A stretch of 64,000 bases of DNA from an uncultured Gallionellaceae bacterium (GTDB lineage: Bacteria > Pseudomonadota > Gammaproteobacteria > Burkholderiales > Gallionellaceae), in assembly GCA_964571195.1 (NCBI GenBank), contig CAZNAD010000010.1, positions 10,029 to 74,028 of the forward strand, read 5' to 3'. The notes beneath the pieces were generated by a model, which did not search any database, had not been told where the DNA came from, and was given only the letters and a program-made list of their open reading frames with translations. The stretch's first letter is position 1, and each line of letters begins with the position of its first letter. The position numbers and the translations under genes are program-made. Positions 44,348 through 54,337 of this stretch are shown piece by piece.

Positions 44348-45570
44348 ATTGTCGTCACTGCCATTCAGAGTTGACTTTGTCGCTGATCGATTTGGTAACT
44401 GCCCCGCCATCCAATGCTTATCTTACCCAGCAGATGTTACACGCACCGGAGAAATACTTTCCATTGCGAGTCTTGGTTTGTAAGGAATGTTGGTTGGTGC
44501 AGACGGAAGATTACGCAGGTGCGGTAGAGCTTTTTTCATCGGACTATGCGTATTTCAGCTCGTTCTCTACAACTTGGCTGAAACATGCGGAGCGCTATGT
44601 AGAAGAGATGGTGGGGCGGTTTGGGTTGAATTCAGGTTCCCAGATTGTCGAGGTGGCGGCCAATGATGGATATTTGCTGCAATATGCAAAAATGCGGGGG
44701 ATATCTTGCTTGGGAATCGAGCCTACGACGAGTACAGCTAATGCCGCAAGGGCCAAAGGCATCGAGATAGTAGAGGATTTCTTCGGGGTGCGCTTGGGTG
44801 ACCAATTGGCGGCTCAGGGGAAGCAGGCAGATCTTACTGTTGCGAATAATGTACTGGGGCACGTGCCGGATATTAATGATTTCGTTGGAGGCTTTGCTGC
44901 CATCCTTAAGCCTTCTGGGGTATCAACCTTTGAATTTCCGCATGTGTTGCGTTTGATCTCAGAGAACCAATTCGACACCATCTATCACGAACACTATTCC
45001 TATTTGTCCCTGACCGCAGTGAAACGCATATTCGAACACAATGGTTTAACAATCTTTGATGTCGAGGAGTTGTCCACCCACGGCGGTAGCTTGCGAGTCT
45101 TTGCTCAACGTGCGGATACGGGGGGGCGGGTGGTCAGCAAAAACGTGATAGAAATGCTAGCGCGGGAAAATGCGGCAGGAATGACGACCGCAGAGTTTTA
45201 TGCTGGTTTCCAGAACAAGGCGAACAAAGTGAAGAATGACTTCTTGGCTTTCTTGATTGAGGCTGGTCGGGAGGGGAGGCAGGTGGTGGGTTATGGGGCG
45301 GCGGCAAAGGGGAATACGCTGATGAACTATGCGGGAGTTCGCCCAGATCAATTGTCGTATGTCATGGATCTCAATCCGTCCAAGCAGGGGAAGTTTCTGC
45401 CGGGGTGTCGGATTCCTATTGTTTCCGAGGAGCTGTTGAGACAAACGCGCCCGCATTATGTGGTGATTTTGCCTTGGAATCTGCGCTCCGAAGTGATGGG
45501 GCAGCTGGCGTATATCAGGGAATGGGGGGGGCAATTCGTGACAGCAGTCCCTTCGTTAAAGATTGATTGA
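44344..45570 (+). CDS. NDP-hexose C-methyltransferase (Zn-ribbon, class I SAM MTase and C-methyltransferase C-terminal domain)
   Basis: N-terminal CRHCHS...VCKECWLVQ zinc-ribbon. SAM motif VEVAANDGYLL. Length and layout resemble the TylC3/C-3-methyltransferase family. Confidence 0.7.
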   Translation: MNCRHCHSELTLSLIDLVTAPPSNAYLTQQMLHAPEKYFPLRVLVCKECWLVQTEDYAGAVELFSSDYAYFSSFSTTWLKHAERYVEEMVGRFGLNSGSQIVEVAANDGYLLQYAKMRGISCLGIEPTTSTANAARAKGIEIVEDFFGVRLGDQLAAQGKQADLTVANNVLGHVPDINDFVGGFAAILKPSGVSTFEFPHVLRLISENQFDTIYHEHYSYLSLTAVKRIFEHNGLTIFDVEELSTHGGSLRVFAQRADTGGRVVSKNVIEMLARENAAGMTTAEFYAGFQNKANKVKNDFLAFLIEAGREGRQVVGYGAAAKGNTLMNYAGVRPDQLSYVMDLNPSKQGKFLPGCRIPIVSEELLRQTRPHYVVILPWNLRSEVMGQLAYIREWGGQFVTAVPSLKID

Positions 45571-45576
45571 GGCGCA

Positions 45577-46392
45577 ATGAAAGTCGCAGTGACAGGAGCC
45601 AGCGGATTTATCGGGCGATACGTACTGGCAGAGCTGACTAGGCACGAGGTAGATGTTGTTGCAGTCACGCGCACACCCGCGCATTTTCAGAATTTGAATG
45701 ATGGTGTGCAGGTGGTTGAGATGGATATCGCGAACCCGGCACCGGATGATTTTGGAAAGTTGGGGCGACCTGATGTTTTGATTCATCTCGCTTGGGATGG
45801 TTTGCCAAACTACAAATCTTTGCATCACTATGAGACGGAGCTGCCGCGCCAATATAGATTTCTTAAATCGTTGATTGAGGCTGGCTTGCAATCCTTGCTG
45901 GTGACAGGCACTTGTTTTGAGTATGGGATGCAGTCCGGGGGGCTATCGGCGGAGATGCCGACGAAGCCAAGCAATCCTTACGGTTATGCCAAAGATGCAT
46001 TGCGACAGCAGTTGGTCTATTTGAAGGAGGACAAAAAATTTACGCTGATTTGGGGGCGATTATTTTATATGTATGGAGAGGGGCAACCGACTTCCTCCTT
46101 GTATCCAAAATTACGAGAAGCTGTGTCACGTGGTGACAAAGTTTTTGATATGTCGGGCGGAGAGCAGCTGCGGGATTATTTGCCTGTGGCAGAGGTGGCT
46201 CGCAAGATTGTGCGATTGGCCTTGGCTAAAAGTGATACTCCCATTGTAAATATCTGCTCGGGTAATCCGATCTCGGTGCGCAGATTGGTCGAGCAGTGGG
46301 TGCGCGACAATCATTGGAATATTCAGCTGAATTTTGGGTGTTATCCCTATCCTGACTATGAACCGATGGCATTTTGGGGAGAGGAGTCGTAG
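45577..46392 (+). CDS. NAD(P)-dependent sugar epimerase/reductase (SDR)
   Basis: KVAVTGASGFIGRY Rossmann motif and YGYAK (YxxxK). Confidence 0.8.
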   Translation: MKVAVTGASGFIGRYVLAELTRHEVDVVAVTRTPAHFQNLNDGVQVVEMDIANPAPDDFGKLGRPDVLIHLAWDGLPNYKSLHHYETELPRQYRFLKSLIEAGLQSLLVTGTCFEYGMQSGGLSAEMPTKPSNPYGYAKDALRQQLVYLKEDKKFTLIWGRLFYMYGEGQPTSSLYPKLREAVSRGDKVFDMSGGEQLRDYLPVAEVARKIVRLALAKSDTPIVNICSGNPISVRRLVEQWVRDNHWNIQLNFGCYPYPDYEPMAFWGEES

Positions 46393-46443
46393 CCGAGGGC
46401 GGTCTAGCCAGCGTGGTGCTGATTCATCTAGGAAGCATTGAGT

Positions 46444-47262
46444 ATGTCTGAGGTCTGTGTTGTTCATCTGGTCAGAAAAAAGAATGGCATGGAACCATTT
46501 TTGGGTTTCATCGACTCTTATCTGAAACATCCCGCCGGAATGGATCATGATCTTTTGATCGTCTATAAGGGTTTCTACCGGCAGCGCGATCTTGCTCCAT
46601 ATGAGAAGCTGATCAAAAATATACCGCACTCTTTTTTGCTCGTGGCGGACTTCGGTTTTGATCTTCGGCCATATTTCATTGCTGCGGCGCGTCATGACAG
46701 CAGATATTTCTGTTTCCTGAATTCGTTCAGTATTATTCTTGATCGCGACTGGTTACTCAAACTCTATCGCCATATCGTAGAGCCAGGTGTCGGCTTGGCT
46801 GGTGCCAGTGGGTCGTGGGGCTGTATTCGTCCAGGGCAGATAAGGATTGGTGCGTCTTGGTATCAGCGATGGCTACGAAATATTGCCCTAATGTGCTTAG
46901 GGCGATATTTGGGGAGCCGCTTTGAGCCTTTTCCCAATTTCCATGTGCGTAGCAATGGATTCATTATCGCGCGTGTCAATATGTTAAAGATTCGCCACGG
47001 GCTGATCCTCAGCAAGATGCAGGCATGGATGCTGGAGAGTGGTAAAAACGGAATTACCAAACAGATAGAGCGGTCAGGATTGAAACCTGTCATCGTGGGC
47101 AAGGATGGCCTAGCTTATGATAAGCACGAGTGGAAGATGAGCAACACTTTTTGGTGTTGTGGGCAGGAAAATCTGTTGATAGCAGATAATCAGACAAGGA
47201 AATTCGACGAAGCCAGCCCGGATTGGAGGCGCAATTTGGAATTGTTCGCTTGGGGTGAATGA
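46444..47262 (+). CDS. Hypothetical protein within the glycan cluster
   Basis: About 272-aa ORF with coding-like composition and no motif I recognise. ATG at 46444 (the ORF track uses TTG at 46438). Confidence 0.5.
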   Translation: MSEVCVVHLVRKKNGMEPFLGFIDSYLKHPAGMDHDLLIVYKGFYRQRDLAPYEKLIKNIPHSFLLVADFGFDLRPYFIAAARHDSRYFCFLNSFSIILDRDWLLKLYRHIVEPGVGLAGASGSWGCIRPGQIRIGASWYQRWLRNIALMCLGRYLGSRFEPFPNFHVRSNGFIIARVNMLKIRHGLILSKMQAWMLESGKNGITKQIERSGLKPVIVGKDGLAYDKHEWKMSNTFWCCGQENLLIADNQTRKFDEASPDWRRNLELFAWGE

Positions 47263-47355
47263 TCGCACCTTGCTGGTGCGGTCGATTGCTATCTTGTCGA
47301 TTATTGGCAAAAGCGAAATTAGCGTTTGGTCTAATCATTGGTATTGGAGATTGTA

Positions 47356-48276
47356 ATGAATGGGTTGTCGATCACATGTCGAATTTGTGGTTCAAAGAAC
47401 CAGTGCGCATGCCTGTTTGCCAAAGACCTGAATCAGCAAAAGAGCCGGAGGTTGTTCTCCTATCATAGGTGTCAAGACTGCCAAAGTATCTTTTTGCATC
47501 CTGTGCCCGATAATTTGGGCTTTTACTACGGGCAGAACTATCCGGCATATGCCGTTAAGAATTCCACGCAGCTTGAAAAAAAACTGGCGAATTTCGAGCT
47601 GGCAAAGCTAGACATTGTTCAGCGTTATGCTCCTCGCGGTACATTGCTGGAGATCGGCCCGGCTGCCGGACGCTTTCTCGCAGTGGCGAGTCGCGCGGGT
47701 TATGAAGTTAGGGCGATAGAGCAGGATGCGCAGTGTGTGAGGCATATTAAAGACATGCTCGATGTGGATGTCAGTTGTAGTGATAAACCTGGCGAGGTGT
47801 TGTCGTCCTTGGGGGCCGTTTGCGATGTAATCGTGGCATGGCATGTGATCGAACACTTGCAGGATCTGCGCGGTGTCATGGCCGCCGCTGCCGCCGCATT
47901 GCGTAAGCCTGAGGGGGTTATTATTGTCTCGGCACCTAATCCTGATTCATGGTCATTCAGGTTGTTCGGGCGGTTTTGGGTGCATCTGGATGCTCCGCGT
48001 CACTTGGCTTTGATTCCCTTATCCGCGTTGGATGGATTGATGGCAGAGCAGGGATTGGAAAGAGTAGCGTGTGTTTTTGATGATCCGGTTGGGCGCTTCT
48101 TGAACCGCATGGGCTGGCAGGCATCTCTGATGAATCTAAGCAGTGTGAAATTTGTGCGCTGGCCCTTATTGGCGATTATTGGAAGAGTGCTGTCTATCGT
48201 CATGCGCTTGCCGGACGCTATGCAAGGGCGAGGTGCCGCTTACACCGCTATATACAAGCACAAACGCGATGTTTAA
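47356..48276 (+). CDS. Class I SAM-dependent methyltransferase with an N-terminal Cys-rich region
   Basis: ATG at 47356 after GGAG. CRICGS...CQDC region. SAM motif LLEIGPAAGRFL. Confidence 0.7.
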   Translation: MNGLSITCRICGSKNQCACLFAKDLNQQKSRRLFSYHRCQDCQSIFLHPVPDNLGFYYGQNYPAYAVKNSTQLEKKLANFELAKLDIVQRYAPRGTLLEIGPAAGRFLAVASRAGYEVRAIEQDAQCVRHIKDMLDVDVSCSDKPGEVLSSLGAVCDVIVAWHVIEHLQDLRGVMAAAAAALRKPEGVIIVSAPNPDSWSFRLFGRFWVHLDAPRHLALIPLSALDGLMAEQGLERVACVFDDPVGRFLNRMGWQASLMNLSSVKFVRWPLLAIIGRVLSIVMRLPDAMQGRGAAYTAIYKHKRDV

Positions 48277-48335
48277 AGCGGTAAGCTTAGTTATGCGCAT
48301 GGCGCATAGGCGGCACTGCCCGCAGGTGGAGTGTC

Positions 48336-49829
48336 ATGTCGCTTAAGCGCAACATACTTGCAAACTATCTCGGGCAAGGCTGGTCTGCTGTGATGCAGCT
48401 GGCTTTCATTCCGCTGTATATCAAATATCTGGGCATGGAATCCTATGGGCTGATCGGTGTGTACGCCACGTTACAGGCGGGCTTTCTGCTGTTGGACATG
48501 GGGATGGCACCGACCCTTAATCGCGAGATGGCGCGTTATGCGGCGGGTGCCCACAGCGCCCGTTCAATTCGTGAGCTGTTGCACAGTCTGGAGCTGATCT
48601 TTGCGGGAGTCGCGGCGCTGATCATCTGCATCGTGTGGGGGGCATCCGACTGGTTTGCGCTGCATTGGGTCAAGGTTGAGAAGCTGCCGCTGGATGCGGT
48701 GAGTGATGCATTCGCCATTATGGGAGTGGTTGCGGCATTGCGTTTGGTCGAGAACGTTTACCGTGGTGCGATATTGGGTTTGCAAACGCAGGTGTGGCTC
48801 AATGCGGCAACGGCGATTCTGGCTACGTTCAGATGGCTGGGGGCAGTGGGAGTGCTGGCGTGGGTATCGCAGACTATTGTGGCGTTTTTTATCTGGCAGG
48901 GATGTATATCCTTGCTCACGGTAGTTGTCTTTGCGCTACGCGTTCATCGCGTGATTCCTGCTGCACAGTCGGTACATTTCTCCAAATCGGCAGTCGCGGG
49001 AGTATGGGAATTTGCGCGTGGCATGATTCTCACGATGGTGCTCGCTTTGATACTGACGCATACCGATAAGATATTGTTGTCGCGGTTGCTAAGTCTTGAG
49101 GCATTCGGTGCTTATACGCTTGCGGCAACGCTTGCGGGAGGCCTGATGTTGCTGGTGGCACCGTTGGCACAGGGTTATTACCCGAAATTCACCGAGCTGT
49201 TGACTCGCCAGGATGAGCCGGGATTAATCCGGGTATATCATCAGGCGGCGCAGTTGATGAGCGTGATGGTCATGCCGGCGGCGCTGATATTGATGTTCTA
49301 CGGCGAAACGGTGCTTTATCTATGGACTGGCGACGAGGAGTTGGCGCGCCACGCGGCTCCACTGGTGGCGTTGCTAACTTTAGGTACTGCATTCCTTGGT
49401 TTGATGAATATTCCCTATATGTTGCAGCTGGCTTATGGTTGGTCGGTATTTGCCGCGAAAGTGAATGCCGTTGTCGTTGCGGTGCTGATCCCGGTGTTAT
49501 TGTGGGTCACGCCGCGTTATGGGGCAATGGGAGCCGCGTGGGTGTGGCTGGCGATCACATTGAGTTATATTTTCGTGGTCGTTCCGTTGATGCATCGGCG
49601 GCTTTTGCCTGAAGAGAAATGGGCGTGGTACTGGCGTGATAATGCTCTCCCATCCATGGCTGCTACAGTGGTTGTTTTTGCTGGAACATGGATTGATATT
49701 GCCGATTTTTCAAAACTCGGGCAATTCCTGTTGCTGGGCATGATTGGCTTGTTGGCCTTTTTCGCGGCAGCTTGTTCGGCTCCAATTTTGCGCGGCAAAA
49801 TACTTAGAATTGTCGTTAGGGGAATATGA
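48336..49829 (+). CDS. Wzx-like polysaccharide/O-unit flippase (MOP superfamily)
   Basis: 497 aa with about 12-14 TM helices. The N-terminal RNILANYLGQGWSAVMQLAFIPLYIKYLG is typical of polysaccharide biosynthesis flippases. Confidence 0.7.
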   Translation: MSLKRNILANYLGQGWSAVMQLAFIPLYIKYLGMESYGLIGVYATLQAGFLLLDMGMAPTLNREMARYAAGAHSARSIRELLHSLELIFAGVAALIICIVWGASDWFALHWVKVEKLPLDAVSDAFAIMGVVAALRLVENVYRGAILGLQTQVWLNAATAILATFRWLGAVGVLAWVSQTIVAFFIWQGCISLLTVVVFALRVHRVIPAAQSVHFSKSAVAGVWEFARGMILTMVLALILTHTDKILLSRLLSLEAFGAYTLAATLAGGLMLLVAPLAQGYYPKFTELLTRQDEPGLIRVYHQAAQLMSVMVMPAALILMFYGETVLYLWTGDEELARHAAPLVALLTLGTAFLGLMNIPYMLQLAYGWSVFAAKVNAVVVAVLIPVLLWVTPRYGAMGAAWVWLAITLSYIFVVVPLMHRRLLPEEKWAWYWRDNALPSMAATVVVFAGTWIDIADFSKLGQFLLLGMIGLLAFFAAACSAPILRGKILRIVVRGI

Positions 49830-49832
49830 GTG

Positions 49833-51944
49833 TCATGGCAGGGTGAGGCGAGCCCCGCTCTTTGGGCGATTTGTATCATCCAGTTGAAAGCCCAAGTTAA
49901 GCCCGTTAACTTCCTCAAAGGCCACAATGCTGCGTTGTCCGCACAAAATTGCTTGCCTATCGCAGCCGATCTTGAAGCCAACAACCTTGCTTGGGCTCGA
50001 AAGAGCTTCGTTTAAGTAGTCATGATAACCCTGCTGACTCCAGATGGCTTTGAAGTCGGCACTCTTAAGAAGTAGCGGACTGATGAGAAAACCGGTAGCT
50101 GCCATTTGTGGAATGAATTTATAGTTCTTGCACTCGCCATTCTTGAATGTAAGTTCAATAAAATACTGAGAAGGCTTATAAACGAATCCCACGAACTGTG
50201 CGAGGAGACTTTCCTCTACTTTGATCCGAAGCCAGGTCGGTTTTGATGATTGCGGGACATCTATCCATTTTCCTATTTCGTATTCATGCCGCGATATCGG
50301 GGTGAGTGATAATGCCTCTTTGGGAAGGCTTCGATGCAGAAGTAGACTTCCTTTTTCGGAGCCAGCGATTTTATAGCGCTGCAGGATCTCCAACTTTGCT
50401 AGGGAATCGTCCTGTGCTACGAGCCGGTTATCCACGGTGTGGAGATCAAACAACAGATACGGGGGAGCTCGGCTCTCGTCCTGTAGAAAAGAGGCGTCGG
50501 CACGCATGATGCCATCGTTCCATGAGGCGAAAGAGATTGTGGAAGGCATCGAAACGTAATTAAAGTAGTTATATAACATCCGCGCCGGATACATGCCGAA
50601 ATAGCCTATCCGCTGTGTTTTTACCAAGGCTTGTGTCTCGGGCAGTTGCATTGAGGCGCGTCTCTTCTCGGTTTCTGTGGCAAGCTCAATGAATAGTGCG
50701 CGTAGATTCACAATTCCCCATAGATTGTTGCTGATCTTGCTGTAGGTTGACCAAATCACTGAATTGGGATTGGGGGAGGCAAGGCCGAAGCTAAGAAGTG
50801 CCAGGAAAAGAGTAAAGGCACCAACAGGAGCAGATATCTTTACAGGCAAATTGAGGGGGTGATTGATCGTGGAGCTAAAAGCGCTCTCGTTTCGGAAGAG
50901 TGTCCAGATGTTGCTTATTAGGACATATCCAAAGAAGATGATGACATGAGCGTCAGCTCTGACGAAGCCGTGTTTCCATACGACAAAAAGTATGAATAGT
51001 TCAGTGATAGATAAAAGAATTTGTCGTCCAAAATAGGGGAGGTCGTGGCGCGTATTGCGAATGCTGCACAGAATTCTCCAATATATTGGAAGTTCGCAGC
51101 AGATAAGAATGCTTAGTCCAGAAATAGTGATACTAACAGGCTCGAATACGGTCATCGCCTGATTGTATCCATTTGAAAAGGATGCCGTGGCGCGCACGAA
51201 TTCCGGGAAGAGAGCAGGGGACTGACCACTGGCAATCCAGATCACCATTATGGACGCGGCGAATCCTGCGGTTGCGGTTGCGGCATAGATAAAACGGCGA
51301 GAAATGATACAACCCAAGACAAAAGTGGTGACGATAAGTAGCGCGATAAAAAAACAGGTGCCTTTGGTTAGGGCCAGTAGTGCCAAGGTGATGATGGCGG
51401 GAATGGTGACTTGGGGTCTTATGGCAAAGGTTAACTGGTGGGATAGCAGCAAGAGCAGCACGTAGAACATCACATCACCTGCACTGAATAATCCTGCACA
51501 GACGAGAAAGGGGATTCTTAGGGTACTGGGTAGATGCTTTGATCGAGTCCAGAGAAGGAATACGAGATAGCTGGTCAAAAATACATTGATCAGGAGTTTT
51601 ACCTCATCAAGAATACCTGTGTAGATGAGCGGATAGCTGAGGAATCCAAGCGGTCCGACGTTTTGGATGATGTCTTTCCCATAAGCGAAGCCATGTAAAG
51701 TCCAATATTCGATGGCAGCTTGGCTTCCCGCATCATGATTGTCGGCGACCCCATATGTCGGCAACTGTAGAATGGCGAGAAAAAGTAGCGCGACGAATAT
51801 CAGCTGGTGGGGGCGGGAAGGGAATATCTTTGGTCGAAAAAGCATATCAATAGCACTTGTTCGTTTGCCTGATGAGCAAGCGCACCGCTTGAAATAACGG
51901 GACGGAGTGTACCAGAAAAGAAAACGCGAATTCTTTGGAGCCAT
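49833..51944 (-). CDS. Large polytopic membrane protein with a C-terminal soluble domain (candidate polymerase or GT-C-like enzyme)
   Basis: 703-aa ORF on the opposite strand from its neighbours (alternative ATG at 51845). About 12 TM helices followed by about 270 aa soluble domain. Locally AT-richer sequence. Confidence 0.6.
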   Translation of the reverse strand: MAPKNSRFLFWYTPSRYFKRCACSSGKRTSAIDMLFRPKIFPSRPHQLIFVALLFLAILQLPTYGVADNHDAGSQAAIEYWTLHGFAYGKDIIQNVGPLGFLSYPLIYTGILDEVKLLINVFLTSYLVFLLWTRSKHLPSTLRIPFLVCAGLFSAGDVMFYVLLLLLSHQLTFAIRPQVTIPAIITLALLALTKGTCFFIALLIVTTFVLGCIISRRFIYAATATAGFAASIMVIWIASGQSPALFPEFVRATASFSNGYNQAMTVFEPVSITISGLSILICCELPIYWRILCSIRNTRHDLPYFGRQILLSITELFILFVVWKHGFVRADAHVIIFFGYVLISNIWTLFRNESAFSSTINHPLNLPVKISAPVGAFTLFLALLSFGLASPNPNSVIWSTYSKISNNLWGIVNLRALFIELATETEKRRASMQLPETQALVKTQRIGYFGMYPARMLYNYFNYVSMPSTISFASWNDGIMRADASFLQDESRAPPYLLFDLHTVDNRLVAQDDSLAKLEILQRYKIAGSEKGSLLLHRSLPKEALSLTPISRHEYEIGKWIDVPQSSKPTWLRIKVEESLLAQFVGFVYKPSQYFIELTFKNGECKNYKFIPQMAATGFLISPLLLKSADFKAIWSQQGYHDYLNEALSSPSKVVGFKIGCDRQAILCGQRSIVAFEEVNGLNLGFQLDDTNRPKSGARLTLP

Positions 51945-52051
51945 CTTGATGATAGAATGCTCTAAGTTTTAGAACGAAATTAACAAGTTAAGATTTTTGG
52001 CGGTGGTTTGTGTGTGTGGTTTTGGTTTGAATGGATGATTGAGGAGATGAT

Positions 52052-52447
52052 ATGAGCCAACATACTGATCAAAATGACGAATTGAAGGAGTTTGTCTCTG
52101 GGGTGGCGGCTTTTTTAAGGACTGAAGGTGGGAAGTTCTTGCTGAAGACGGTCATCGTCGTTGTGGCGATTTTGGTTATCGTTCCCGATTTTTCGCAATT
52201 AAAAGCACTAGAGACGGAAAAAAACAAGTTGATAGCGATTGGCTTTGTGCAAAATCCGCGTGTCCTATGGAAGATGTCGGAGATGGAAGAAAGTGAGCAG
52301 AAGTTCAATCGTGCGATTCGTGATATGGAAATTGCAATGGGTTTGTTGGAAATGCACGGAGCTAACCCGGCGGTTGTCCGGGTTTATCAAGAGCGCCTCG
52401 ATTCCCTGATCAGTAAATCTAACGAGATGGATCAGCCGAGACCATGA
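52052..52447 (+). CDS. Hypothetical single-TM protein
   Basis: 131 aa. GAGGAG RBS. One TM helix then a helical region. Confidence 0.45.
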   Translation: MSQHTDQNDELKEFVSGVAAFLRTEGGKFLLKTVIVVVAILVIVPDFSQLKALETEKNKLIAIGFVQNPRVLWKMSEMEESEQKFNRAIRDMEIAMGLLEMHGANPAVVRVYQERLDSLISKSNEMDQPRP

Positions 52448-52589
52448 AAATTTTTCTGACCAAACTATTTCCCCAAGTTCGGCATTCTTTTGAGGCTGGG
52501 GAGGGAGCTTGCTTAATCGCTGGAGTCGGCGTTCCAACTTTGGGGCGAACGATGGATATTTCGATTCGGGGCATCATTCAGTGTTAGAG

Positions 52590-53525
52590 ATGGATACGCC
52601 TAGGGTGAGTGTATGTATTCCCGCATACAATGCCGCAGCTTATCTTCGGGAAGCGATGGTGTCCGTCTTGGAGCAAAGTTATCGTGATTTTGAGATTGTG
52701 GTCGTGGATAACTGCTCTACGGATCAAACGGCTACCATTGTCGATCAGATATCGAAAGACAGTAATGGTTGCGTTCGATATTTCAAGAATGAAAACAATA
52801 TCGGCCTAGTGCCGAACTTGAACAGATGTCTGACACATGCACGAGGACAGTACATCAAGTTTTTGTGTGCCGATGACATGTTGTTACCGGGATGTATTGA
52901 GACGATGGTGGCGAGTTTGGAAGCCAACCCCTCGGTGACATTGGTGGCTTGTGCGCGTCAGCTTGTTGATGCGGGCGGGTACAAGCTTGGAGTCAGGCAA
53001 TATGCATCTGATGATATCTTGGTGCGGGGAGATCGGGTCATCACAAGGTGCTTGTTCGGCGGTAATTATATCGGCGAGCCGAGTGCAGTGATGTTCAGGC
53101 GTGCTGATGTGGAAAGGGGATTTCGTGAGGATATGCCGCAGCTATCGGATATCGATATGTGGTTCCAGCTGTTGGAGAAGGGGGACTTTCTCGGTCTGGC
53201 GGAGCCGTTTTGTGCCTTTCGCTCCCATTCAGCACAGATGACGCATGCTAATGTCAAATTGGGAATGATCGTCGAAGACAATGTAAGGCTGTTTGACGCA
53301 TATTCACACAAGCCGTATGTGGAAAAGACGTTCTTATTGGTTTGGCGGTATAGGTTCTTAATGACATACCGGGTGTGGGTATCTAGAGCGGCCATCAAGG
53401 ATGAGCGGCGGAAAGTGATACTGGGACGTTATGCGAGTCCGATGTTGTATCGTTGCATGCCTTTGCTTGGATACCTATTGCGATTACAGCGGCAGCTCAC
53501 GGGGGCGGATAAGATCAATTGTTAA
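52590..53525 (+). CDS. Glycosyltransferase family 2
   Basis: ATG at 52590. VSVCIPAYNAAAYLREAMVSVLEQSY and VVVDNCSTD (GT-A) motifs. Confidence 0.88.
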   Translation: MDTPRVSVCIPAYNAAAYLREAMVSVLEQSYRDFEIVVVDNCSTDQTATIVDQISKDSNGCVRYFKNENNIGLVPNLNRCLTHARGQYIKFLCADDMLLPGCIETMVASLEANPSVTLVACARQLVDAGGYKLGVRQYASDDILVRGDRVITRCLFGGNYIGEPSAVMFRRADVERGFREDMPQLSDIDMWFQLLEKGDFLGLAEPFCAFRSHSAQMTHANVKLGMIVEDNVRLFDAYSHKPYVEKTFLLVWRYRFLMTYRVWVSRAAIKDERRKVILGRYASPMLYRCMPLLGYLLRLQRQLTGADKINC

Positions 53526-54337
53526 ACGCAGAATTATTGCCGAGTGGGGGGCGAACAATCTCTATTTCGATTGTTAGTCACGGCCAGTCCGATTTGGTGA
53601 GACGTCTATTGTCCGATATCGAGAGGTGCTGTGAAACTTACTCTATCGAAGTATTGCTTACGATCAATTTGCCGGAGGAGATTGCTTTTGCAGAGCGGCG
53701 ATATCCTTTTCTGCTCCGAATCATTCGTAATTCGCGACCGCAAGGTTTCGGAGCCAATCACAATCAGGCTTTTGCACAAGCTGCGGGAGAGTTCTTTTGT
53801 GTTATGAATCCGGATATCAGGTTCGAGCGGGATCCATTCCCGTCGCTGTTGTGGTGTTTGCAGGATGCTGAGATCGGCGTGGCCGCGCCCCTTGTGCTTG
53901 GCGAGGATGGGGGTATAGAAGATAGCGCGCGCCGGTTCCCGACGCCATTCAAGATATTGTGCAAGGCTGTGGGCGGATGCAAGGGGGGGGATTATTCTGT
54001 GCGCGAGGGGGTATTGTTGCCGGATTGGATTGGCGGAATGTTCATGTTGTTTGTACATGCGACATTTGCCAAGATGCGGGGCTTCGACGAGCGCTATTTT
54101 CTATATTACGAGGATGTCGATTTGTGTGCCCGTTTGAAATTGAGTGGTTATCGTGTGTTGTTGTGTGCGGATGCAAGGGTAGTGCATTTGGCTCGCCGCG
54201 ACAGTCATCGGAATCTTAAATTTTTGAAATGGCATATGACGAGCATGATGAGGTTTTTTTGTTCCCGGCCTTTTTGGGCGATCAGTCTGTTGCGCCTCAG
54301 AAGGACGCTCTTGATGATTGGGCAGACTGAGAAATGA
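53519..54337 (+). CDS. Glycosyltransferase family 2 (rhamnosyltransferase-like)
   Basis: ISIVSHGQ, GFGANHNQ and FDERYFLYYEDVDLCARL motifs. The start is uncertain because only a TTG at 53519 is available. Confidence 0.8.
   Translation: MLNAELLPSGGRTISISIVSHGQSDLVRRLLSDIERCCETYSIEVLLTINLPEEIAFAERRYPFLLRIIRNSRPQGFGANHNQAFAQAAGEFFCVMNPDIRFERDPFPSLLWCLQDAEIGVAAPLVLGEDGGIEDSARRFPTPFKILCKAVGGCKGGDYSVREGVLLPDWIGGMFMLFVHATFAKMRGFDERYFLYYEDVDLCARLKLSGYRVLLCADARVVHLARRDSHRNLKFLKWHMTSMMRFFCSRPFWAISLLRLRRTLLMIGQTEK

Noticed and set aside
53983-53990. G8 homopolymer inside a GT2 gene as a phase-variation switch. Other G8/C8 runs are at 45524-45531 and 40723-40730.
   Set aside because: With about 29% G, roughly six such runs are expected by chance in 64 kb counting both strands. 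One of them lies in the housekeeping gene rfbB. There is no enrichment specific to contingency-type genes.
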